Shown: piece by piece, positions 37,448 to 47,491 of the stretch
How the letters are laid out: each line of letters starts with the position of its first letter
Position numbering within the stretch: the stretch's first letter is position 1
Assembly: GCA_963815115.1 (NCBI GenBank)
Contig: CAWFFN010000008.1
Span: forward strand, 160,001-224,000
Reading direction: 5' to 3'
Source: an uncultured delta proteobacterium
GTDB lineage: Bacteria > Desulfobacterota > Binatia > DP-6
DNA length: 64,000 nt
Translations under genes and position numbers: made by a program
Notes under the pieces: model-generated
What the model saw: the letters and a program-made list of their open reading frames with translations, nothing else
Databases searched by the model: none
Told to the model about the DNA's origin: nothing

Positions 37448-38830
37448 TCACTCGGTGCGCTGCGCGACCGTCGTCTTCTGGACCTGACCGCTCTTCAGCA
37501 GATCGAGCGCCTTGTCGAGCTGCGGGTCGTGGCCCAGCTCGCCTTCCTTGACGTCCGGCGGCGCGATCTCGCCCGGCGTCGTCGCCGTCCGGCGAACCCC
37601 CGTCGGGATTCGGCTCGTCTTGCCTTCTCCCGGGATGATGCGAGGTGGCGCGGCAGGTTGGCCTCGCGCAGCATCGTCCCGCTCGCGTCGCCGTTCCTCT
37701 CGCCGTTCTGGCCACCTGCTTGCCCTGCTCCATGATGATGTCGGGCGTGATGCCGGTCGCCTGGATCGAGCGGCCGTTCGGCGTGTAGTAGCGCGCCGTG
37801 GTGAGGCGCAGCGCCGACGTTCTCGTCGAGCGGCAGGATCGTCTGCACCGAGCCCTTGCCGAAGGTCTGCGTGCCGAGCACCAGCGCGCGCTTGTGGTCC
37901 TGCAGCGCGCCGGCGACGATCTCGGAGGCGCTGGCGCTGCCGCCGTTGACCAGCACCACCATCGGGAAGTCGGCCTGCGTGCCGGCCTTGTGCGCGAAGT
38001 ACTTCTGCTTCTGGTTCTCGAGGCGGCCGTCGGTGTAGACGATCAGGCCCGAGTCGAGGAACACGTCGGAGACCTTGACCGCCTGGGTCAGCAGCCCGCC
38101 CGGGTTGTTGCGCAGATCGAGGACCAGGCCGCGAAGTGCCGCCGGTGTCCTTCTCGAGCTGGCGAGCGCCTTCTCGACGTCGTCGTCGGTGCGTTCCTGG
38201 AACTGGGTGATGCGCAGGTAGCCGTAGCCTTTGCGGCAGGACCTGGCCTTCACGCTCTGGATCTTGATGACCTCGCGCGTCAGCGTGACGTCGAGCAGCT
38301 CGGCGGCGTTCTCGCGCCTGATGGTGAGGCGGATCTTGGTGCCCTTCGGGCCGCGCATCTTCTTGACGGCTTCCACGAGCGGCATGTCCTTGGTGAACTC
38401 GTCGTCGATCTTGATGATCTGGTCGCCGGGCCTTGACGCCGGCGCGCGACGGCGGGCGTGTCCTCGATCGGCGACGACGACCGTGAGCACGCCGTTGCGC
38501 TTCGTGATCTCGATGCCGAGGCCGCCGAAGCTGCCCCGCGTGTCGACCTGCAGCTCCTTGTAGAGTTCGGGCGTCAGGTAGGCGCTGTGCGGATCGAGCG
38601 AGGCGAGCATGCCGTTGATGGCGCCATCGATCAGCTGCTTCGTGTCCGACCTCGTCGACGTAGTTCTTCTGGACCATGGCGAGGACGTTGGTGAACGTCT
38701 CCAGCTCCTCGTACGAGGCATTCGGGGCGGCCCCCACACGCTCTGCTCCGCGGCCGCCCGAGAAGAGGACGGCCAGGAGAATGGCCAGAGGGACCGCCAG
38801 TGCCAAACCGGTGCGCCGATTTCCGTTCAT
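37448..38830 (-). CDS. ctpA: S41 carboxy-terminal processing protease; frameshifted
   Basis: LDPHSAY, GGLGIEI, PDZ domain, LDLRNNPGGLL, SASASEIVAGALQD, TFGKGSVQ. Confidence 0.9.
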   Translation of the reverse strand: MNGNRRTGLALAVPLAILLAVLFSGGRGAERVGAAPNASYEELETFTNVLAMVQKNYVDEVGHEAADRWRHQRHARLARSAQRLPDARTLQGAAGRHAGQLRRPRHRDHEAQRRAHGRRRRSRTRPPSRAGVKARRPDHQDRRRVHQGHAARGSRQEDARPEGHQDPPHHQARERRRAARRHADARGHQDPEREGQVLPQRLRLPAHHPVPGTHRRRRREGARQLEKDTGGTSRPGPRSAQQPGRAADPGGQGLRRVPRLGPDRLHRRPPREPEAEVLRAQGRHAGRLPDGGAGQRRQRQRLRDRRRRAAGPQARAGARHADLRQGLGADDPAARRERRRCASPRRATTRRTAARSRRPASRPTSSWSRASRWPERREERRRERDDAARGQPAAPPRIIPGEGKTSRIPTGVRRTATTPGEIAPPDVKEGELGHDPQLDKALDLLKSGQVQKTTVAQRTE

Positions 38831-38886
38831 GCACCCCTCGCGATGACCGTACTATACGTGCCCGGGCGAGCGGAGGGAAATCTGCC

Positions 38887-39441
38887 TCAGGGGGCTGCTC
38901 CGGTCCCCGCCGCGGCAACGTCCGTCGGCGCCCTGAGGAGCGCCTCCAGCGCCTCCACCTGTGCCGGAGCATCCCACTGCCGGGGACCGATCACCCGCTC
39001 CACCACCCGTCCCTCGCGGTCGATGATGAAGGATTCGGGATAGCCCCACACCTGGTAGCGGTCGCCGACCTGGTGCTCCGGGTCGACCAGCACGGGGAAG
39101 GTCAGCCCGAGGTCGCGCACGAAGGGGGCCACTGCCGCCTTGCCCGCCTCGTCCTGGCTCACCGCGAGCAGGACGAAGCCCCGATCGCGCAGCTGCCTGA
39201 ACAGACGCTCCATTGACGGCATCTCCTCGCGGCAAGGCGGACACCAGGTGGTCCAGAGATTCAGCAGGACGACCTTGCCGCGCAGGTTCGACAGCCGGAC
39301 GGCTTGACCGGCGAGGTCGGGGACCGCGAAGTCGGGGGCGAGCGCGGGGGTACGGCCGTGGAGCGCGCCGACGGCCAGCACGGTGGCCACTCCGAGCCCC
39401 ACGGTCACCAGCGCGATTCTCAGGCCTCGGCTGCGCGCCAT
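38887..39441 (-). CDS. TlpA/ResA-family thiol-disulfide oxidoreductase
   Basis: N-terminal TM, APDF, WTTWCPPCREEMP, GYPESFIID. Confidence 0.9.
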   Translation of the reverse strand: MARSRGLRIALVTVGLGVATVLAVGALHGRTPALAPDFAVPDLAGQAVRLSNLRGKVVLLNLWTTWCPPCREEMPSMERLFRQLRDRGFVLLAVSQDEAGKAAVAPFVRDLGLTFPVLVDPEHQVGDRYQVWGYPESFIIDREGRVVERVIGPRQWDAPAQVEALEALLRAPTDVAAAGTGAAP

Positions 39442-40187
39442 CTTCCCTGCGCCAGCAGCCGGGTACCGCCGACGACGACGAGCACCAGGCTGGCGAGCTG
39501 TGCGGCAGTCAGGTTGCCCATGACGACCGGATTGACGCGCACGAATTCGACCAGGAACCGCGCCCCGCTGGCGAGCACGAGGTACCAGCAGAAGATGGTC
39601 CCGTCGGGCTGGGGCGATCGCCGCCGGCGCCACAGGATCGCGAAGATGGCGAAGTAAGCGAGCGACTCGTAGATGGGTGCCGGATGCACCCGGATGCCGG
39701 GAGGATACGGCCATCCCACCACTGCATACGGGTACGCCATGCCCCAGGGCACCGTCGTGACCGTGCCCCAGTCACCGTCACCCGAGAGCTGACAGCCGAT
39801 GCGGCCGATCGCCTGGCCGATCACGAGCGCCGGAGCCACCGCGTCCGCCCCGCGCCACCAGGGAATGCCGTGGCGCCTGAAGAAGAGCGTCATCGCCAGC
39901 GCGCCGCCGACCAGGCCGCCATAGAAGACGAAGCCGCTGCCGGTGAAGAGCAGGCCGAAGGGATCGCGCAGGAACCCCGGCCAGTCCTCGAAGACCAGCC
40001 ACAGACGCGCGCCCACGAGGCTGCCGACCGCACACCACAGCACCGCCGACGACGCGAGGTCGCCGCTGTATCCCTTGCGCTCGAGCTCCAGCCCCAACAC
40101 GTGCCCCGCCGCCATGAAGGCGATCGCGAGCATCATGCCGAAGAGGTGAATCGGGATGGGGCCGAGGTGGAGGACGTCCGGTATCAT
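39420..40187 (-). CDS. lgt: Prolipoprotein diacylglyceryl transferase
   Basis: [34 protein letters not shown]. Confidence 0.92.
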   Translation of the reverse strand: MIPDVLHLGPIPIHLFGMMLAIAFMAAGHVLGLELERKGYSGDLASSAVLWCAVGSLVGARLWLVFEDWPGFLRDPFGLLFTGSGFVFYGGLVGGALAMTLFFRRHGIPWWRGADAVAPALVIGQAIGRIGCQLSGDGDWGTVTTVPWGMAYPYAVVGWPYPPGIRVHPAPIYESLAYFAIFAILWRRRRSPQPDGTIFCWYLVLASGARFLVEFVRVNPVVMGNLTAAQLASLVLVVVGGTRLLAQGRWRAAEA

Positions 40188-40263
40188 CCGGGTCTTCCAT
40201 CCTAGCCGAGCCACCAGGTCACTGCCACTCGCGCCTCCCGAACGATCGTGCTTTAACGCGCGC

Positions 40264-40719
40264 GTGCGAGCCGTGGTGCAACGCGTGCGCGAAGCGCAGG
40301 TTGCGGTCGCCGGCGAGGTGATCGGCGCCATCGGCCACGGTCTCTGCGTTCTGGTGGGCGTCGCGGCGGGCGATTCGGCGGCGGAGGCCGAGCTCCTCAG
40401 CCGCAAGGTGCTCGCGCTGCGCGTCTTCGACGACGACGCGGGACAGATGAACCGCTCGCTGGACGACGTCGGCGGAGCGCTCCTCGTGGTGTCGCAGTTC
40501 ACGCTGCACGCCGACTGCCGCCATGGCCGCCGCCCCTCCTTCACCGCCGCCGCGCCCGCCCCGGCGGCGCGCGCACTGTACGAGCACTTCGTCGCCGCGG
40601 CGCGCGTGGCCGGCGCGACGGTGGAGACCGGACGGTTCCAGGCGCGCATGACCCTCGCGCTGGTGAACGACGGCCCGGTCACGCTGCTGCTCGACACGGC
40701 CGAGCTCCGAGCCGCCTGA
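40264..40719 (+). CDS. dtd: D-aminoacyl-tRNA deacylase
   Basis: RAVVQRV, VSQFTL, GRRPSF, NDGPVT. Confidence 0.95.
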   Translation: MRAVVQRVREAQVAVAGEVIGAIGHGLCVLVGVAAGDSAAEAELLSRKVLALRVFDDDAGQMNRSLDDVGGALLVVSQFTLHADCRHGRRPSFTAAAPAPAARALYEHFVAAARVAGATVETGRFQARMTLALVNDGPVTLLLDTAELRAA

Positions 40720-40720
40720 G

Positions 40721-41185
40721 ATGCCGCGCGCGGGATTCACGGCCATCCACGCCGGCCGCATCCGCTTCGGCAAGGACGGCTGCTGGTACTGCGACGACGA
40801 GCCGATCGCCAACCGCGCCATCTGCCGGCTCTACGCCCGCGCGATGACGATCGGGCCGGACGGCCAAGCTCGCCTCACGCTCGGGGAGGATCGCGCCGAG
40901 GTCGAGATCGAGGACACGCCCTGGGTCGTGATCGGGATCGAGGGCGATTCGGAGCATGGCTTCACGCTCGTCCTGAACGACGAGACGCGCGAGCCGCTCC
41001 ACCCCGGAGGTCTGCGCCTGAGCCCCCAGCACGTTCCGTACTGCCGGGTGAAGGGCGGCCGTTGCGAGGCCCGCATGCTGCGCAACGCCTACTACGCCCT
41101 CGTCCGCCACGCCGAGCCCGGACCGGACGGCACCTGCATCCTGCCGGTCGCCGGCCGGCGCATCCCGCTCGCACCGCCGTCCTGA
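40721..41185 (+). CDS. DUF1285-like protein
   Basis: IRFGKDGCWY..PI, VEIEDTPWVV, LNDET, PYCRV. Confidence 0.6.
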   Translation: MPRAGFTAIHAGRIRFGKDGCWYCDDEPIANRAICRLYARAMTIGPDGQARLTLGEDRAEVEIEDTPWVVIGIEGDSEHGFTLVLNDETREPLHPGGLRLSPQHVPYCRVKGGRCEARMLRNAYYALVRHAEPGPDGTCILPVAGRRIPLAPPS

Positions 41186-41191
41186 GCGACC

Positions 41192-41644
41192 GTGCACGTC
41201 GTGCTCGTGGCTCCCGAGATCCCGCCGAACACCGGCTCCATCGGCCGCCTCTGCGTCGCCACCGGCACGCCGCTCCATCTCGTCGAGCCACTCGGGTTCA
41301 CGATCGACGACCGCCAGCTCCGGCGCGCGGGGCTCGACTACTGGCCGCACGTCGAGGTGCATCGCTGGGCCACCTGGGACTCGTTTCTCGCCGGCCGTCC
41401 GCCGGGGCGGCTGCTCTGCTTCGCCGCCCGCGCGCCGCGCGCCTACACCTCGCTCGCCTACCGCGCGGACGATCTGCTGGTCTTCGGCGGCGAGAGCCGC
41501 GGGCTGCCGGCCGCGGTGCGCGAGACCCATGCCGACGCGACCTACGCCATCCCGATCGCGAGTCCCCACGTCCGCAGCCTCAACCTCGCCACCGCGGTCG
41601 CCATCGTCCTGTTCGAGGGTCTGCGGCAGCTCGGAGCCGCGTGA
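41192..41644 (+). CDS. trmL: tRNA (cytidine/uridine-34 2'-O)-methyltransferase
   Basis: PEIPPNTG, RRAGLDYW, FGGESRGLP, RSLNL. Confidence 0.93.
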   Translation: MHVVLVAPEIPPNTGSIGRLCVATGTPLHLVEPLGFTIDDRQLRRAGLDYWPHVEVHRWATWDSFLAGRPPGRLLCFAARAPRAYTSLAYRADDLLVFGGESRGLPAAVRETHADATYAIPIASPHVRSLNLATAVAIVLFEGLRQLGAA

Positions 41645-42475
41645 GGCCGGCCCGTCCCGCCGCCGTACTCGTCCTGACGCTGCTGGCGGCATGCGCGCCG
41701 ATTCCCGCTGCCGCGCCAGTCGACCTTCCATCCCTCGGACGCCGACCTCGCCGTCACGCGCATCGTCCACGGCTCGTTCGTGCTCGAGCTGCACGGGACG
41801 CGGCTGCTGGTGGATCCGTGGTTTCACTCCAGCTGGCTGATTCGCCAGCGCGAGGCGCTCGGACTCACGCCCGCCACCCTGCCGAAGCTCTCCGCCGTGC
41901 TGCTCACCGGCGACGACGTCACACGGCTCGATCCGGATGCATTGCACGAGCTGGCGGCCAATACCCCGCGCGCGGTCGTGCCCCCGGCCCTGCGCGAGCG
42001 CATCCTCGCCCTCGGGTTCCATGACGTCACCGGTCTCGCCTGGTGGGAGCGCGCGGACGTCGACGGGGTCACGATCACCGCCGTGCCCACGAGCGCCGGG
42101 CCGCGCGAGAACGGCTACGTCGTGGTGTCGCACGACACCCGGCTCTACTTCGCGGGCGACACCAAGCCCTTCCCCGATCTGGTCGACGTGGCGACCGCGT
42201 TCCCGCACCTCGACGTCGCCGTGCTGCCGATCGGCGGCCGGCGCAGCTTCGGCATGGCGCGCCAGATGACGCCCGAGCAGGCCGCCGACGCGGCGGCCCT
42301 GCTGAAGCCCGCGCGCGCCATCCCGAGCGGCTTCGGAGCCGTCAGCGGCTCCCCGTTCATCTCGTTCCCCGAGGATCCGGTGGGCGCGTTCCGCAAGGCG
42401 ATGGAGCAGAAGGGGCTCGGCGACCGGCTTCTCATCCTGGAGCCGGGCGAGAGCTGGCACTACGCCAAGCCCTGA
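41641..42475 (+). CDS. Metallo-beta-lactamase-fold lipoprotein with degenerate metal motif; frameshift near 41740
   Basis: Lipobox LLAAC; LLVDPWF, YFAGDT, AVLPIGG, MTPEQAA. HxHxDH is replaced by TGDDVTR. Confidence 0.7.
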
Positions 42476-42658
42476 GGTCGGGGAGCGCCCCAGCGTTGAG
42501 GTCGAGACCATACCGGGCGCAACAACTCGAACGTGTGCGGCTTTGAGCTTGGGCTCTGCCCGGCGGCTCGTGAGCGGCGGTTGGTCTCAGCCGTGTGATC
42601 GGCAGCGTACCGCACGCTCACCCGGGAAGGGTGGACGCGGAGGCGACATCGTCGTCCC

Positions 42659-42934
42659 GTGCTCGAGCTGCCTGTCGACCATGACGACGGCCGGCGCAAA
42701 GGGCACTTCGTCTTCGTGGGCGATCGCGTTGCTGCCCGGGACCGAGATCGACTGCTGGCGTGGATGGTCCACGGCGCGTCTCTCGAGGACAATCGTCTGG
42801 TGTGCCGGCCGACACCTCGTGAGCGCCCTGCCCTTTGGAGCCACTTCTACCTCGACGACGACGGCCGCGTGAGCGCACCCGGCTGCGTGCCGCAGGGGGT
42901 GGCGCTGGAGCGCTTCGTGCGGAAGCTGCAGTAG
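42659..42934 (+). CDS. Small hypothetical protein or gene fragment
   Basis: 91-aa ORF with plausible composition; no family recognised. Confidence 0.3.
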   Translation: MLELPVDHDDGRRKGHFVFVGDRVAARDRDRLLAWMVHGASLEDNRLVCRPTPRERPALWSHFYLDDDGRVSAPGCVPQGVALERFVRKLQ

Positions 42935-42992
42935 GTCGACGCCGGAGGTCGTCGGCTGGGTCCGGGTTACGGCGAGAGCCGGCGTGCGAACC

Positions 42993-45059
42993 TCACCGTC
43001 GATGGGTTCCGGGCTCCCAAACCGCAACGTAGATCCGCGTTTCATCCTGTCGCTCGATCGTTCCCTGAAGGCTTCCGACGCTGAACCCGGCCTGGCGCGC
43101 CCCCTGTTCGCCCACGCTGGCCAGTGCTCGTCGGGCGCTGCCGCTCACGCTCCTGCCGGCCATGCGAGCAACCACGTTCGCGATGTAGTCGACGCTGGCC
43201 GAGCCAGGAAGAGTGGCCTCCGCCTGTCGCACGCGGAGCGTCCGCGTGTCGTAGAGATAGGACAGCGAGAGCGAACCGGGGACCACCTCGGGGAACATGT
43301 CGATCGTGGTGTTCGCCCAGTAGCCACGATCCTTCTCGTAGCTGGGTCGTCCCAGGCGGGCGCGTATCTCCTGACGACTCGCTCCCACCGCGAACGGGAG
43401 TCCGCTCGGTAGCGGACCGCCCAGTGATGCCGGGGAACCCGCAGCGCCTTGGCCTGGACTCGGCGATTGGGCGCCGGCCGGCACCATCGGCCCTGCGTTG
43501 CTCCCTCGCAGGTCGACGATCGACCAGGGGTCACCGGGCACGAGGCGAACCGACAGCGCCCAGTTCGTGACGACGAGCTTCTTCTGTTTGTCGACTTCCT
43601 CCGTTCGCAGCGCCAGGTCGACGCCCTCGGTGTCGGTGTTCGTGATCGCGATGTCCGTGATGCGGAAGGCGGAACTGGCCTTCTCGCACTGCGCTCGCTT
43701 GTCGTCCTGCCTCACACCCCACATGGCTGCCGCGGCCGCACAATCGCCACGCGAGAGGTTCTCGTAATACCTGCGCACGAAGCCGACGGCGCAGCGTGGC
43801 GGCGCCGACCTCCAATCGTCGCACGTGTCGCTCGGGGGCGGCTCTCTCTCGACCTCGACCCGCCGCGGCTCGACCCGCGGGGCAGCGGGCGTCGGCGGCG
43901 GCGCAGGCAGGTCTCCCTGCAGCCCGATCGAGACCGCGTCATCGGGTGCGAGCGCGTGCGCGGCCATTGCCAAGCGCCGCGCGTCATCCCAGGCTCCGGC
44001 TCGCGTCGCTTCCCGGGACGCCGCGGCCAGCTTCTGCAGTTGCTGCGGAACTGCGGCGGTCGCGCTCTCGACCAGATCGGGTCCCTCGCTGACGCTCATC
44101 GTCAGATGGAGATCCGGAAACGACCCGGCACCCGCGCCCACCACGAAGCGCATGATGGGTATGGGCACCTTGGGCGCCGTCACGAGGGCGAGGGATCCTG
44201 GGCGCGCCAGGAACTGGCGAATCTGCGCTCGCATCGTGGCATCGACGCCTGGCGCATTGTTCAGGGCGTCCTCGACCCCGTCGCTGAGGCGGCGTGCAGC
44301 GCTGGGCGCGGACTGTTGCGACTGGAGGGCGGCGGCCATGACCAGTCGCGGGAGCAGCCCGTGATCCTCGTAGCGCAGCTCCGCACGCGCGAGCGCCGTG
44401 TCGTGGAGCGCCGCCAGCACTGGACCTGCCAGGCTGGCGAGCACGGCAGCCGATGTGGCCGGGTCACCGAGCTTGCTGAGGTCGAGTCCGGGCAGAGCAC
44501 TGGGGACCTCGAAGCTCACGCCCGCCACGTGTGCCGACAAGGTGAGCGCTCCGAGATCTTGCAGCGCGAGGCCGATGTGCTCGACGTCGAGTTCCCGACT
44601 CGTCGCCTCGTAGCGATAGGCAACGGTGACGTCGCCGACGAGCGGGCGGTCGAGGGCGCTTGCCAGTGCCCAAGGCATCGGCGGCATCTGGGGGGGAAGA
44701 TCGGCGGTCACATCGCGCAGCGAGAGGTCCATCGCGAGAGGCGCGAGAGCACCTTCGGTGAACTTCCGGACGGCGACGTCACCGACACGAAGGGTGAAGC
44801 CAGTGGCGACCGGCCGTATCGTCAGGGCGTGGACGTGCGCCACGGGGGGGAGGATGTCGACGTCGACGTTCTCGTAGTCGACGTCGGCGTAGGCGGCGGC
44901 ACGCTTCAGCACCTCGTTTGCCCGTGCGCGGGCCGTCTCGGTGAGCCAGCGCTTGGCGGCGATGGCTCCGGCCACCAGCACGATCGCCAAGGCGATGCCC
45001 GCCAGGACGAACCCGACCAGCCGCGATGCCCGAGAGCGGGAAGACGACTCGTTCGGCAT
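42993..45059 (-). CDS. Membrane-anchored multidomain hypothetical protein
   Basis: N-terminal TM, beta-rich region, Pro linker, NTF2-like segment (FVRRYYENL), and a C-terminal domain resembling the tail of cyanobacterial Ser/Thr kinases. Confidence 0.7.
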   Translation of the reverse strand: MPNESSSRSRASRLVGFVLAGIALAIVLVAGAIAAKRWLTETARARANEVLKRAAAYADVDYENVDVDILPPVAHVHALTIRPVATGFTLRVGDVAVRKFTEGALAPLAMDLSLRDVTADLPPQMPPMPWALASALDRPLVGDVTVAYRYEATSRELDVEHIGLALQDLGALTLSAHVAGVSFEVPSALPGLDLSKLGDPATSAAVLASLAGPVLAALHDTALARAELRYEDHGLLPRLVMAAALQSQQSAPSAARRLSDGVEDALNNAPGVDATMRAQIRQFLARPGSLALVTAPKVPIPIMRFVVGAGAGSFPDLHLTMSVSEGPDLVESATAAVPQQLQKLAAASREATRAGAWDDARRLAMAAHALAPDDAVSIGLQGDLPAPPPTPAAPRVEPRRVEVEREPPPSDTCDDWRSAPPRCAVGFVRRYYENLSRGDCAAAAAMWGVRQDDKRAQCEKASSAFRITDIAITNTDTEGVDLALRTEEVDKQKKLVVTNWALSVRLVPGDPWSIVDLRGSNAGPMVPAGAQSPSPGQGAAGSPASLGGPLPSGLPFAVGASRQEIRARLGRPSYEKDRGYWANTTIDMFPEVVPGSLSLSYLYDTRTLRVRQAEATLPGSASVDYIANVVARMAGRSVSGSARRALASVGEQGARQAGFSVGSLQGTIERQDETRIYVAVWEPGTHRR

Positions 45060-45269
45060 CCTCGTGCCCCGCAGGTAGAAAGGCCGGATACGACCCCGGC
45101 GGAGGGTACGTCAAGACGCTCTCGGCCCATCCGCGCAGGCATGGAGCAGCGCGCTGCTCAGCCGAGAATCGCTGGTCGTGACACGGGAGAGGGCGAGCAG
45201 ACGTCGTCCCACAGAACCGTGGCGTGGGAATCCGTAGCCCGACCTATCGTACCAGGCCGCCACGCGACC

Positions 45270-46295
45270 GTGATCGGTCGTCTCGTGCTTGCCGTGCTCG
45301 CGATCGCACGGCTCGCGACCGCGGCAACCATCGATGTGAACGCCGTCGAGGGTGGCGCCAGCGCGATCGTCGTCGTGACCGGGCGTCTGGAGGCCGTCGA
45401 CGGAGACCGGTTCATCTCGGCCGTTTCGAGATACGAGAATGCCACCATCGTGCTGAACAGCAACGGGGGAAGCCTGATCGCCGGTCTCCAGATGGGCAAC
45501 GTGATCCGCGGTCGACGGTACACGACGCTCGTTCCCGACGGAGTGCACTGCGCATCGGCCTGCGCCGTCGCATGGCTGGGCGGCACTCGCCGGCTCATGG
45601 GGCCGGACGCGCGGATCGGGTTCCACGCCGCCTACACGATGGAGAACGGGCAACCGGCAGAATCGGGTGTCGCCAACGCTCTCGTCGGAGCCTACCTCGC
45701 GCGTATCGGTCTTCCGGACCGAGCCGTGGTGTACATCACGCACGCCGCTCCCACCGACATGACATGGCTCGACGTGGACGAAGCCCGGGCGGAAGGGATC
45801 GACGTCGAGCTGCGGCTTCCCCCGAGCGCCAGCGCGCATGCCCCCGTCGCTCCGCCCACCACGTTTCCATCGGTCACCGCGAGGCGCCCGACAGCCGGTG
45901 ACGCGATCGCACTCGCCAACGAGTACTGGCTGCGGTGGTCCGGAAACGACCAGGAGGCTCTGACGTTCCTCGCGAGGACCTACGCTGGGGACGTCGAGTT
46001 CTACGGACGACACCGTTCCCGCCACCTGGTGATGGAGGAGAAACGCCGCTTCGTGGAACGGTGGCCAGAGCGGGTCTATTCCGTGCGTCCGGCGTCGCTG
46101 TCGGCCCGGTGCACCCCGGATAGTTCGATCTGCATGGTCGACGGGATCGTCGACTGGGACTGTCGGAGCACGCGGCGAGCAGCAGTGCGGTCGGTCGGGG
46201 CCGCGAGCTTCACGTTCCAGATCGCGCTGTCGACGACAGGTACGGCCATCATCGGTGAATCGGGGTCGCTGATCCAGCGCCGGATCGGTCACTGA
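45270..46295 (+). CDS. Secreted protein with ClpP/crotonase-like (COG3904-type) N-domain and NTF2-like C-domain
   Basis: LNSNGGSL..G, CASACAVAWLGG, IGFHAAY; YAGDVEFYG..KRRFVERWPER. Confidence 0.7.
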   Translation: MIGRLVLAVLAIARLATAATIDVNAVEGGASAIVVVTGRLEAVDGDRFISAVSRYENATIVLNSNGGSLIAGLQMGNVIRGRRYTTLVPDGVHCASACAVAWLGGTRRLMGPDARIGFHAAYTMENGQPAESGVANALVGAYLARIGLPDRAVVYITHAAPTDMTWLDVDEARAEGIDVELRLPPSASAHAPVAPPTTFPSVTARRPTAGDAIALANEYWLRWSGNDQEALTFLARTYAGDVEFYGRHRSRHLVMEEKRRFVERWPERVYSVRPASLSARCTPDSSICMVDGIVDWDCRSTRRAAVRSVGAASFTFQIALSTTGTAIIGESGSLIQRRIGH

Positions 46296-46980
46296 GCATC
46301 TTGGTTCCCAGCTGACCGACCCGCAGGTGCGGAACCGCGGACCCGACGTCATCGACTGAACGCTCCGGCCGCGCCATCTGCCGATCGACGCCTCCGATCA
46401 CCGTTTCCGGGTGCCTTCGATCATTGCGCCCCGGTCGCGAAGCCGAACTTGTTGCTCTTGATCTTGAAGTGGGCGGGGTCCGGTCGAAGGTCGTTATCGC
46501 CGCATCGGGCGGACCGTAGCCGAGCACGGTGTTGCCTGAGATCGTGTTGTTGCGGATGGTTTCCGCGGGGGCGAAGCTGAGTCCGACGCATCTGGCGCGG
46601 TAGGACCGCCGGCGGCCCACGTTTCGCTCGACTATTCCGCATCGTCTATGGGAGACACGGGAACGTGCGGATCGGCCCCGTCGTCTGTCTCATGGGTGAG
46701 CTGCTTCTGATGTCCGCCGAGGCTCAGGCCCGAAGGCGCTCGCGCCCAGGTGCCGCACGGGCCGGTTCGTGACCTCGACCGGCGGCCTGCTGGCCGGCGG
46801 GGGCGCCACCGGCGCGTCGAGCGACACGATCGTGCTGGATGCGCAGGGGAACGCGGACGTCACGAACCGCTGCACGATGATCGACCTCGTCGCCCACCGC
46901 CACGAAGGTGGCTTCCACGCCGCAGATCCGCGTGGATGTCTTCGGGGGGACAGTCCAGCAGCTGGCTCTGGAAAAGGAGA

Positions 46981-47445
46981 ATGGACATGATCACCGAGGT
47001 CATCGAGCAGTGGCATCGCTACCTCAAGGGCGAGTTCCCGGAGGCGCTCGACGAGCTGCTCGCCGACGACGTCGTCTTCTACTCGCCGGTCGTGTACACC
47101 CCACAGGCCGGTAAGGAGATCACCAAGCTGTACCTGCAGGCCGCGGCCGTGGCGCTCCCGGGGGGTGCCGACGGCTCGTCCGGATCGCCCGCCCCGGCAG
47201 GGTCCGACAGCTCTCGACGGTTCCGCTACACCAGGCAGGTCCTCGCCGGCGACACTGCGGTGCTCGAGTTCGAGACCACCGTCGAGGGCAAGTACGTCAA
47301 CGGGGTCGACATCATCCGCGTCAACGACCAGGACAAGATCGTCGAGTTCCGGGTGATGATCCGCCCGCTCCAGGCGGTCAACGCGGTCCATGCCCAGATG
47401 CGATCGATGCTCGAGAAGCTCGGCGGGACCGGCACGTCGCGCTGA
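46981..47445 (+). CDS. NTF2/SnoaL-like protein
   Basis: RBS aaaggaga; LLADDVVFYSPVV, VLEFET, NGVDII, VMIRPL. Confidence 0.85.
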   Translation: MDMITEVIEQWHRYLKGEFPEALDELLADDVVFYSPVVYTPQAGKEITKLYLQAAAVALPGGADGSSGSPAPAGSDSSRRFRYTRQVLAGDTAVLEFETTVEGKYVNGVDIIRVNDQDKIVEFRVMIRPLQAVNAVHAQMRSMLEKLGGTGTSR

Positions 47446-47491
47446 CCGACACGTCGGGACGGCGGGCTCGTGAGACCATGACGACCTGGAG

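Noticed and set aside
19037-38830. Many frameshifted genes (molybdo-enzyme, TPP enzyme, ispA, xseA, xseB, ctpA) as pseudogenes or programmed frameshifts
   Set aside because: The indels cluster in patches, hit housekeeping genes and come without in-frame stops or motif decay, which is typical of long-read error.
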